Positions 35,807 to 44,755 of a stretch of DNA of 56,859 bases are shown one piece after another. The notes under the pieces were generated by a model, which was given only the letters and a program-made list of their open reading frames with translations, did not search any database and was not told the origin of the DNA. A program made the translations under genes and the position numbers. The DNA comes from a virus (lineage: Duplodnaviria > Caudoviricetes), in IMG/VR virus record IMGVR_UViG_3300010371_000042, positions 1 through 56,859 of that record. One strand, given 5' to 3'. Within the stretch, counting starts at the first letter, position 1. Every line of letters begins with the position of its first letter.

Positions 35807-38800
35807 ATGACCCTCAAGAAGCAGCCGCTCGAGGTCCCGATCCTGGGCGGTCTCGCTCAGAAGTTCGCGCCGCAGCGCATCCCGCGCGGCAAGGCCGCGA
35901 AGGCGCTGAACCTCGTCGCGAACAAGGCCGGTCGGCTCGAGAAGCGCCTGGGCTACTTCCCCCTCACGAAGACGGACCCCCTCGGCTCCGGCTTCACGCT
36001 GAGCGCCGGCCTCGCGCTCGGGCAGTGGAATGACGGCGCAGCGCCGGGCGACACGCTTCTCGTCCTTGGGCGCGGCACGGTGCCCTCGAGTGGGCAGGCG
36101 GCGACGGCGCTGCAGGCGTACTCCGACGACCTCGGAGGCCCGGTGCTGCGCGGCCCAGCGCCGGAGCTCTCGATCACGGGCGACAACGTCGCTGGCGCGT
36201 CCCTGGGGTCCACGTTCTCGCCGCAGTCGTCGCAGTACAACGACGTCCTCGTCACCGTCTGGATCGACCCGTCGACTGAGCCGCAGAAGGGCCTGCAGGC
36301 CGCCACGCGCATCATCGCGCAGCAGCCGGTATCCCAGGTCGGGACGCTCATGTGGTCGGCGCTCGAGGTGTCGACGGGCCGCCAGCTCGTGGGCCCCTCG
36401 GTCGTCGACTCGGCCGGCGGCATCAACACGCAGTTTGTGCGGCTCGCCAACGTCGGCGGGACATGGATCATCTGCTACTCGGTCACCGGCCCGCAGTCGT
36501 CGACGCCCGCGACCTACAACGGTCAGATACTCTTCAAGACGATGAGCTACGCCGCGCTGACGAGCGGCGCGGGTTGGGGCGGGACGGGCGCTGGGACGAA
36601 CATTCTGGCCGCCGGTGGGACCAGCAACGCCGCGTCTCCGCGGCCGTACGTGATGTCCAGCCTGCCCGTGCCGACGACGGGCAATGGCGGCTGGGTGCTC
36701 TGGGGCAACGCCTTCGACATGAAGGCGGTGCTCGGAGACCCAACGTCGTTCGTACTCGCGTACGAGACGGGGACATACACGCCCAATGGAGAGTTTCCGG
36801 GTACGTGGACCGGCACGGACATCGTCGTCGAGCGGCGCCCCATCTCGAATCCGACGACGACAACGGCTCAGTGGGTGGTCGCCGCCGCACCGGGCGGGAC
36901 GAACATCGTCTGCGGCTTCGGCGTGCGCGCCGACAACAACTTGGGGCTCGTCGCCGTCGCATGGTCGCAGGGGGCGGATCCAGGAACATCGACGCCGTAC
37001 ACGATCCAGGCATCCGCGGGCGGGTACCCGTCGATGACCGGGATCTCTACGGCGACGACCGTCTACACCGGGACCGACGCTTTCGAGACGGCGCCCTACT
37101 GGCTTGACGTTTCATATCAAGACAACGGCTTCGTGGTGAGTCACTCCCCTATGGGGTCGTGCTGGAACGCCGGATTCACTTCGGCGCAGTCCGCGGGCGC
37201 CGCCGGCTCCGGCGCGACGGCGCTCGCCGTCCCCGCGTACAAGGTCGAAGAGGTCCTCGTCACCACGATGTGGACATTCGTCGGCACCACGACGACGACC
37301 GCATCGCTCCCCAGCGGAGGGCCGTCGCTCACCACTGTGATGGACGGATCCAACGAGGCTCTCGTGAGCATCACCCTCGGGTCCGGCGCCACGTACTCGT
37401 ACAGTTCCGTCCCCAGCGTCTCCGTCCGGGCAAGCAGTACGCCCTTCACGACCGGTTCGGCCGAGGCGATCTGCCTCTGCAACGTCGGCTCGATCAACGT
37501 GACCGAAGGCGGCATGAACTACAGCGGCTCGGCGGAGCCGACCATCGTCTTCGACCGAGGAGGCAACCCGGGAACGCCGGCGTCGATCACCGTCACGCCG
37601 ACTGCCAGCGCCCTCACCGCGTCGATGTTCACGATCGGCACCGCCGGCGCCGGGTACACGTCGACGCCAGACGTCACAGTCGTGGACTCCGCGGGGCTCG
37701 CGTCGGGCGCCGTCGTCGAGGCAGTCATGGCATCCGACGGGGCGGGGAAGCTCAAGATCCAGTCGCTCAACGTGATCAACGGGGGCCAAAACTGGAATGC
37801 GAGCGGCGTCTCGGTCTCCGTGCTCGTCTCCGGCGGCGCGGCCGCGGGCGCGATCACGATCGACAGCAACGGCACGATCACGAATATCGCGGTCTCTAGC
37901 CCCGGCGCGAACTACCAGAAGCCGCCGAGCATCACATTCGTGCAGCCAGCGAACTTCGTAGGCCTCCAGCAAGGCGAAAAGAACCGCCTCAGTCTGCCCT
38001 CCTTCGGAGGCGTCTCGTCGGCCGAGACGGCCTCCTGGTTTCCCGCGAACAACGCCCGCATCATCCAAAACCAGTTCAGTGTCGGCGCATCGGGCAATCC
38101 CCTCACGCTTTATCCGAACGCCAGCGGGACGAACGCGATCATCACGCGCGGGGTGACGCTCGCCTCGTGTGGGCTCGAGGCGAACGGCATCGTCTACTAC
38201 TTCGGGTGGATCCCGAGCCTCACGCAGGGCGGCTTCCTTGTCCTCGCGCTCGATCTCGCCGCGAACCCTAACTCGACGATCACGGGCGCCTACTTCCCCA
38301 TGCGCCCAGTGGGCAACCTGCAGACGCGCACGGCGCTCGCGGACCCGGGATGGGGCTTCCAGCCGGCCGACGTCATCACGTTTCCTTCGTCCTATGCGTA
38401 CGTGTACCAAACGCCCGTGGCGCCGAATTGCTGGACCGGGGGCTCGTCATGGACGCTCGGCACCGATGCGTATGGGACGGCGACCGTCGGCTATGTGAGC
38501 TCGGGCCAGAACGGCCGCCTCTCGCCCGCATATGGCGTGATCCAGACGCAGCCCCGGCGCGGCTTCCCGATGGCGAAGTGGGGCGAGCTCACCGCGGTCG
38601 GCGGCGCTCTCCCCTCGGTCTACGACGGCCAGAACGTGCTCGAGATGGGCTTCCTCTGGACGATCGAGAGCGTGCTGGCGCAGCCCATCACGGGCAACCT
38701 GACATGGTCGGAGCTCGACGACTCCTACTCGTGGATCTTCACGTGGGAGCACTTCGACGCGCAGGGCAACTTCCACATCAGCGCGCGCTCCACGCCGGTC

Positions 38801-40483
38801 GCGGTGACGGGGCAGGACATCGTCGACCTCCTCGGCGTCGGCTCGATGGGGCAGTCGGCATCGGGGCTGCCGTCCGGCCTCCAAGTGCCGGCGCAGATCG
38901 GGGGCGGCAACACGTGGACGGGCGGCGTGCAGTTCACCATCCCGCCGCTGGGCGTGACGAACCGCCAGTGGCCCGGAAACGGCCCGCAGCCGCCGAGCGC
39001 CTTCGGGCACGACCTGCGCGCCTTCTGCGCGGGACCGACGGCGCCGGTGACGCTCGGCGTGTACCGCACGGAGAAGAACGGCTCCGTCTACTATCGAATT
39101 TACGATCGCCAGTTCAACGGCGACGATATCGGCGACAGCGGCTTCACACTCGCTCCGCCCGTATACAACGGCTTCGGTGGATCCAGCATTGTCGTGACTG
39201 ACGGCCTCGCCGACGACATCCTCAACGGGACGAACGCGGCGTCGCCCTTCCCGCGGCTCTACGGCGACGGCACGAACGGACTTCCGGGGAGCGCCGACAA
39301 CTTCTGTCCCCCGGCCAGCCTCGTGATGGTGAATCACAAGGACCGGCTCTGGATGGCGCGCGGCAACGAGCTTCTCTTCACGAAGGTGCGAGCCGCCGGC
39401 GAGGGTCCAGGCGTCAACGAGGAGCTCCAGGCCGTCGTCGCCGGCGCCGACGATCCGATCGTCAACGTCGCCTCGATGGACGACCGACTCGTCATTCTCA
39501 AGTCGGCGGGGAACTACTGCGTCTCCGGAGACGGCCCCGCCGACGACGGCTCGGGTCAGACCTTCGGCGCTCCGGACCCGATCCCCACGGACCTCGGCGT
39601 CGTCTCGGCGCAGTCGGTCATTTCGACGCCGGAGGGCGTCTACTACCAGTCCGCAATCGGGATGCGCCTGCTCGACCGTGGGCTGCAGGTCCGGTACGTG
39701 GGCGGACCGATCGAAGACGAGCTCGCGACCTACCCCACGGTCCTCGGCGCCGCGCTCTATCCGCAGAACAACCGGATGCTGCTGCTGGCTGCGGCGGCCG
39801 ACACTCCGAGCGTGACGACGCACGAACTGGTCGGAGAGATCGCACAGCGAGACTACGCGCTCGACGTGTGGACGACCGCGGTCGTCGAGAATGGCTCCGC
39901 GCAGACGGGCTTTTGCTCGGCGGCGGTGGCATATGGCAAAGGCGCAGGAGGGGGATCGCCTTCGGTCAACGTGTACCGCACGACGATGAACCTCCTCGCC
40001 GCAGACGGCACCGTGTGGCGCGAGCACGCTCCAAACGACTCGGGTCCGTATTACGACAACGACACCTATGTCTCGTGGACATGGCTCTCGCCCGTCATCC
40101 GCGTGCCGTCGAGCAGCGACGCGGAGGAGAGCCTCCAGGGCCGCTTCCGGACCTACGACATCCTCGCGATCCTCGATTCAATGGATCCGCACGGGCTCCA
40201 GATCTCCGTCGGCATCGACTATGGCTCGCTCGCGTCGAACCGGTCGTGGGTCTGGAACAACGGCACGTCGCAGGGCTCGATCGCGCCCGGGGGCGTCGTG
40301 CCGACCCCTCTGACGCAACTCCGCACCTACGATGGTAGAATGGCGGAGGCGTTCCAGTTCCAGCTCCAGGACGTCAGCGACCCCGCTTCGGTCTCCGGGC
40401 AGGGCAGTCAACTCCTCGGCCTCACGCTCTCCATCGGCGTCATGCCGGGCCCGTACAAGCTCCCCGCGTCGGCGACGCAGTGA
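35807..40483 (+). CDS. Tail nozzle / tubular protein B-like, with inserted repeat domain
   Basis: 1558 aa; GRLEKRLGY N-terminal motif, beta-propeller-like C-terminal half (HKDRLW, DLGVVS..SV..TPEGVYY); position after adaptor. Confidence 0.75.
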   Translation: MTLKKQPLEVPILGGLAQKFAPQRIPRGKAAKALNLVANKAGRLEKRLGYFPLTKTDPLGSGFTLSAGLALGQWNDGAAPGDTLLVLGRGTVPSSGQAATALQAYSDDLGGPVLRGPAPELSITGDNVAGASLGSTFSPQSSQYNDVLVTVWIDPSTEPQKGLQAATRIIAQQPVSQVGTLMWSALEVSTGRQLVGPSVVDSAGGINTQFVRLANVGGTWIICYSVTGPQSSTPATYNGQILFKTMSYAALTSGAGWGGTGAGTNILAAGGTSNAASPRPYVMSSLPVPTTGNGGWVLWGNAFDMKAVLGDPTSFVLAYETGTYTPNGEFPGTWTGTDIVVERRPISNPTTTTAQWVVAAAPGGTNIVCGFGVRADNNLGLVAVAWSQGADPGTSTPYTIQASAGGYPSMTGISTATTVYTGTDAFETAPYWLDVSYQDNGFVVSHSPMGSCWNAGFTSAQSAGAAGSGATALAVPAYKVEEVLVTTMWTFVGTTTTTASLPSGGPSLTTVMDGSNEALVSITLGSGATYSYSSVPSVSVRASSTPFTTGSAEAICLCNVGSINVTEGGMNYSGSAEPTIVFDRGGNPGTPASITVTPTASALTASMFTIGTAGAGYTSTPDVTVVDSAGLASGAVVEAVMASDGAGKLKIQSLNVINGGQNWNASGVSVSVLVSGGAAAGAITIDSNGTITNIAVSSPGANYQKPPSITFVQPANFVGLQQGEKNRLSLPSFGGVSSAETASWFPANNARIIQNQFSVGASGNPLTLYPNASGTNAIITRGVTLASCGLEANGIVYYFGWIPSLTQGGFLVLALDLAANPNSTITGAYFPMRPVGNLQTRTALADPGWGFQPADVITFPSSYAYVYQTPVAPNCWTGGSSWTLGTDAYGTATVGYVSSGQNGRLSPAYGVIQTQPRRGFPMAKWGELTAVGGALPSVYDGQNVLEMGFLWTIESVLAQPITGNLTWSELDDSYSWIFTWEHFDAQGNFHISARSTPVAVTGQDIVDLLGVGSMGQSASGLPSGLQVPAQIGGGNTWTGGVQFTIPPLGVTNRQWPGNGPQPPSAFGHDLRAFCAGPTAPVTLGVYRTEKNGSVYYRIYDRQFNGDDIGDSGFTLAPPVYNGFGGSSIVVTDGLADDILNGTNAASPFPRLYGDGTNGLPGSADNFCPPASLVMVNHKDRLWMARGNELLFTKVRAAGEGPGVNEELQAVVAGADDPIVNVASMDDRLVILKSAGNYCVSGDGPADDGSGQTFGAPDPIPTDLGVVSAQSVISTPEGVYYQSAIGMRLLDRGLQVRYVGGPIEDELATYPTVLGAALYPQNNRMLLLAAAADTPSVTTHELVGEIAQRDYALDVWTTAVVENGSAQTGFCSAAVAYGKGAGGGSPSVNVYRTTMNLLAADGTVWREHAPNDSGPYYDNDTYVSWTWLSPVIRVPSSSDAEESLQGRFRTYDILAILDSMDPHGLQISVGIDYGSLASNRSWVWNNGTSQGSIAPGGVVPTPLTQLRTYDGRMAEAFQFQLQDVSDPASVSGQGSQLLGLTLSIGVMPGPYKLPASATQ

Positions 40484-40493
40484 GAGGCGCACC

Positions 40494-43016
40494 ATGAGCA
40501 ATCCGGTCGGGGCACTCGGCAGCATCACGCAGGGCATCTTCGGAGGCCCGAACCAGAACCAGGCTGCGCCGACGATCGACACGTCGGGCACCAATGCGTG
40601 GCAGGGCAACCCGGGCAACGTCGCCGGGAACGAGGCTGCGCAGCAGCAGGCCATCGCGATGGCGCAGCGCACGGCGGCCGGTCAGGGGCCTTCGGCCGCG
40701 ACCTCGCTCCTCAACGAGCAGACGAAGCAGGCGCAGGCGCAGGCCGGCGCGATGGCGGCGTCCGGCCAGGGCTCCACGGGTCAGGCGCTCGCGCGGCGTG
40801 ATGCGATGATGGCTGGCGCGAACGCGACGCAGGAGCTCGGAGGCCAGGCGGCGACGGCGCGCGCGCAGGAGCAACTCGGAGGCGAGCAGCTCGCCGGGAG
40901 CCTCGCAAGCGGCGCCCGGGGCCAAGACCTCACGGCCGCGGGGCAGCAGGCGGGGCTCGCGCAGTCGCAGGGCCAACTCCAGGAACAGCAGAACCAGACG
41001 AACGCGCAGTCCGCGACGTCGAACGCGACCTCTGCGGGCAACACGCTCACCTCCATGGCGGGGATGGCTGCGGGCGCCCTCATGTTCGCGGACGGGGATG
41101 CGCGTGGCACGCCTCCGGGCGGCGCGCGCGTGGGCACGAGCAACTTCAAGGAGCCCGGCGGCGCAGCCGAGTGGACGCTCCGCGAGGAGGACAACTTCCT
41201 GCTCGCCGTGAACCGGCGCACCGGGCAGCGCTTCAAGGTCGCGATGCAGCACCTCACTCCGGCGGAAGAGCGGGAGGCGCAGGCACCGCACGGCGCCGGT
41301 CCCATCGACGCTCCGCCCGGGCAGCGCGCCGCGAAGCAGATGGCCGACGGGGACCTCGGGAGCGATCCGCGCTTCGCGCAGCTCGTGCGCGCGGCGCACC
41401 CGGGCCTCTACCGAGCCGCGTCCGCGGGCGGCTCGTACGCCGACGGCGACATGGGGACCGAGGGAGAGTGGGCCCGGGCCACGGAGCTCGCGACGAATGC
41501 CGCCGGCATGGGCAAGGGCGACGAGGGCGAGTACGGCAAGGGCTGGGATGACGTGATCCACGCGCGCGGCGGGAGCGCGCCGGGCGATCCGGACGCGCCG
41601 TCGCCCGCGCAGAGCGGCAAGGGCGGCGCGCTGGCGGGGGCACTCCTCGGCTGGTCGAACCCGGGCGCGCTCGGCAAGATCGCTGCGGCGCGCGCGTCGT
41701 CCGCGGGGAAGGGCTATCAGCGGTCCGGGCCGACAACGACGGACGCTCCTCCCCCCGAGGCGCCCCCGTCGACGTACACCGACGCGCTGGGCAACACGGC
41801 GCACTACGGCGACGCGGACCTCTCGGAGCCCGTGATGGCGGGCTTCCGGAAGATCGAGGGCGCGCGCGCCGCATATCAGGCGCCGGCGGCGATGGATGCC
41901 GTTGCGCGGATGCGCCGCGAGGCCCTCTCCGACATCGAGGCGGGCCCGAACCTCGCGCGGTCCGGCGGGGGCGACGACACGACGCGGCTCTTGAAGGACC
42001 GGGCCCCGCGGGCGCGCGTGGTGCTCGACTCGGAGCGGAACGGCCGGGAGCTCGAGGGGCTCGGCCTGGGATCGGGCCGCGTGCCGACGGAGAGCGGCGG
42101 TTACGCGCCCTCGCTCGTACGCGGCAGCCGAGGCTACGTCGACGTGTCGCGCGGGGGACAGCACGCGTCGATGCCGATGGCGGACATCCCGTCCTCGGCC
42201 GAGGCGGCGGTAAACCGGCGCGCGTTCGCGCCCGCGGCGCACGAGTACCAGGACGCCGATCTCGGTTCGCGCGACAACCCCGTCGACCTCGACGATCCCG
42301 TCGCCGTCCAGAAGGCCTCCGAGCAGCTCGCAGATCGCGCGCGTCCGGGATCCAGCGCGAACCCGGTCGATATCGACGCGTGGAAGCCGGACATCGATAT
42401 CGGCGACCGTGGCTTCGGTGGTCGCGACGCTCCGGTGGACCTCGACGATCCGATGGCCGTCTGGGACGCCGAGATGCGGCTCAGCGAGCCGGCGCGACGC
42501 CGGTACGAGGCCGCCGAGATCGCGGCGATGAACCCGTACGAGACCAAGCCGACACCTGCCCGTGCGCCGGCCCTGGCGACGCTCTTCTCGGTGCCGAAGT
42601 CGAAGCCGAACGCGGGACCGACAGACTTCCTGAGCGTGATGCGCGCGCGCGGGCGCGCGTTCGATCGCGCGGGCGGCCTGCGCTCGGCGGCGCAGGATTG
42701 GGAGCGCGACCAGGCCGCGGAAGCCGAGGCGGAGAACACGCTGAACCGGCGCGGATTCGACCTGGTGCCCGGCGAGGCCGAAGGCATCAACCTGAAGGAG
42801 GCGCGACGCCGCACGAAGTCGCGCAACGACGTCCGCGCGCTGATGCGCATGTGGGCCGACGAAGCGCGCGGACGCCCGCGCGGTCCCGAGAACGACGAGC
42901 GCGAGATGGTCGCGAGCTACCCGGACGCGGACCTCTCGCCGAAGCGCCAGAAGGCGTCGGCGCTGGGGCGCACAATGGCGCGCAAGGGCAAGAAGGGGCG
43001 GAGGGCCGCGGCGTGA
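40494..43016 (+). CDS. Putative DNA ejection (pilot) protein with repeated xDGD/DADL motifs
   Basis: Q/A/G-rich N-terminus ending in GMAAGALM; position after nozzle. Confidence 0.7.
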   Translation: MSNPVGALGSITQGIFGGPNQNQAAPTIDTSGTNAWQGNPGNVAGNEAAQQQAIAMAQRTAAGQGPSAATSLLNEQTKQAQAQAGAMAASGQGSTGQALARRDAMMAGANATQELGGQAATARAQEQLGGEQLAGSLASGARGQDLTAAGQQAGLAQSQGQLQEQQNQTNAQSATSNATSAGNTLTSMAGMAAGALMFADGDARGTPPGGARVGTSNFKEPGGAAEWTLREEDNFLLAVNRRTGQRFKVAMQHLTPAEEREAQAPHGAGPIDAPPGQRAAKQMADGDLGSDPRFAQLVRAAHPGLYRAASAGGSYADGDMGTEGEWARATELATNAAGMGKGDEGEYGKGWDDVIHARGGSAPGDPDAPSPAQSGKGGALAGALLGWSNPGALGKIAAARASSAGKGYQRSGPTTTDAPPPEAPPSTYTDALGNTAHYGDADLSEPVMAGFRKIEGARAAYQAPAAMDAVARMRREALSDIEAGPNLARSGGGDDTTRLLKDRAPRARVVLDSERNGRELEGLGLGSGRVPTESGGYAPSLVRGSRGYVDVSRGGQHASMPMADIPSSAEAAVNRRAFAPAAHEYQDADLGSRDNPVDLDDPVAVQKASEQLADRARPGSSANPVDIDAWKPDIDIGDRGFGGRDAPVDLDDPMAVWDAEMRLSEPARRRYEAAEIAAMNPYETKPTPARAPALATLFSVPKSKPNAGPTDFLSVMRARGRAFDRAGGLRSAAQDWERDQAAEAEAENTLNRRGFDLVPGEAEGINLKEARRRTKSRNDVRALMRMWADEARGRPRGPENDEREMVASYPDADLSPKRQKASALGRTMARKGKKGRRAAA

Positions 43017-44752
43017 GCACGTCGTACGATCCGCTGGCGGGCAAGCTCCTGCCGATGGAGAGCCCGGCGCCGGGGTCGTCGCCGGCGCTCGCGGTTGACG
43101 CGGACTCGCCGGCGCCGGCGCGCCCCGCGCCGTCCCCATTCGTCCCGCCGCCGATGCCCGATCCGGTGCTGGCCGATCTCGCAACCGTGTCCGACGCGGA
43201 CCGCGATCGGATCGCCGCGAACCACGACGCCGACGTGGCGCAGAAGTGGGCGGAGTACCAGGGGCGCGTGCTCGGCCTCGGCCCCGAGGACCGCACGGCG
43301 CTCCCGCCGGACTACATCACCGCGCGCCAGGTCGTGGCCGATTCGCGCAAGCACCACGGGCTCTTCCCGGAGGAGCTGCAGCCCGACAACCCGCCGGCGG
43401 ACCCGCGCGACGATTTCCGCGAGCCGACGCAGTTCACCTTCGGCCGGGCAGCGAACCAGGCGCTCGACGCGCCGGCGCCGCCCGACCGCGCGCAGCCCGT
43501 CGCTCCTGCGCCGCGCCCGAGCGGTGGCGGCGTCGGTCCGCCCGCGCACGACTACGGCGCGGATTGGTCGAACGCCTTCGACGACCGGATCCGCGCGATG
43601 GAGGACGAATCGCGAGCTCGCGTCGCTGGCGCCTCGGATGTCGCTGGCGCCTTCGAGAACGCCGCGGAGGAGCAGCGCGGCGAAGGCCTTGCGTCGATGG
43701 CGCAGGCGAAGGCCAACGCCGACGCACAGCGCGCGCGCATCGCGGAGGTCGACCAGCTCAATCGTGACTACGCCGCGGGGCAGATCGATCCGAACCGGTG
43801 GTGGTCGGAGCGCAACGTCCCGCAGAAGATCGCGGCGGTGCTCGGCGGGATGCTCGCGGGCATCGGCGGGGGCGTGCGCGGCGCCGTCGACTTCCACAAC
43901 CAGCTCGTCGACCGCGACATTGCACTCCAGCGGGACGATCTCGAGCGCAAGTACAAGGCGGGGATGCAGGCGGACAACCTGCTCGCGTCCTTCATGCGCA
44001 CGAGCGACTCCGAGCAGGAGGCGATGGACAAGGCGCGCGCGGCGCTCATCGGGTCGTCGATCACGGAGGTCGAGCATGCGCAGGCCGCGGCGAAGGGACC
44101 CGTCGAGAAGGCCCAGATCGACCAGCTCATCGCCGACATGCGGGCGACGCGCGCGCAGACGCTCGCGAAGATCCAGGCGCAGCGCCAGGCCGGCGCAGCG
44201 GCGTCGCAGGTGCGCGGCCTCGAGATCGACCCCAACATGCTCGTTACGAGCCGCGGGGAGCAGTTCCTCGTGCCGCACGGCGACGCGGAGGCCGTGCGGC
44301 AGAACCTCGACGCGTACGACCGGCTCGAGGACAACCTGCGCGAGGGTCTCGACCTCCTCAACCGACGCGGCGCGCTCGACTACCTGCCCACGAGTGCGAA
44401 CATGCGCGAGGCGAGCAGCGTCGACGCGAGCGTGGCGCAGAACCTCGCGCGACTCGCGAATGCCCGCGGCATCCCCCCGAGCATCGCGCAGCTCGCGAAG
44501 GAGGAGGCGCCGAGCTTCGGCTCGACGTTCGCGAAGCTCGACGTGCCGAAGGCGCAGCGCATGCTCCGGATGCTGAAGCAGTACCGGGGTGACATGCTGC
44601 AGGGGTCCGTCCCGGTCGACGTGCAGACGGGACCGGGGGTCGGCAAGGAGGCGAACAAGCTGACGTACTGGGCGACCCCGCGCGCGCTGCGCCCCGCAGC
44701 CGAGCCGGAAGATGCGCTCGACCGTCCCTCGCCTGGTGCAGTCCCTAGGTGA
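43013..44752 (+). CDS. Putative ejection protein 2
   Basis: IDPNRWW, hydrophobic glycine-rich segment, coiled coil. Confidence 0.7.
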   Translation: MSTSYDPLAGKLLPMESPAPGSSPALAVDADSPAPARPAPSPFVPPPMPDPVLADLATVSDADRDRIAANHDADVAQKWAEYQGRVLGLGPEDRTALPPDYITARQVVADSRKHHGLFPEELQPDNPPADPRDDFREPTQFTFGRAANQALDAPAPPDRAQPVAPAPRPSGGGVGPPAHDYGADWSNAFDDRIRAMEDESRARVAGASDVAGAFENAAEEQRGEGLASMAQAKANADAQRARIAEVDQLNRDYAAGQIDPNRWWSERNVPQKIAAVLGGMLAGIGGGVRGAVDFHNQLVDRDIALQRDDLERKYKAGMQADNLLASFMRTSDSEQEAMDKARAALIGSSITEVEHAQAAAKGPVEKAQIDQLIADMRATRAQTLAKIQAQRQAGAAASQVRGLEIDPNMLVTSRGEQFLVPHGDAEAVRQNLDAYDRLEDNLREGLDLLNRRGALDYLPTSANMREASSVDASVAQNLARLANARGIPPSIAQLAKEEAPSFGSTFAKLDVPKAQRMLRMLKQYRGDMLQGSVPVDVQTGPGVGKEANKLTYWATPRALRPAAEPEDALDRPSPGAVPR

Positions 44753-44755
44753 CGC

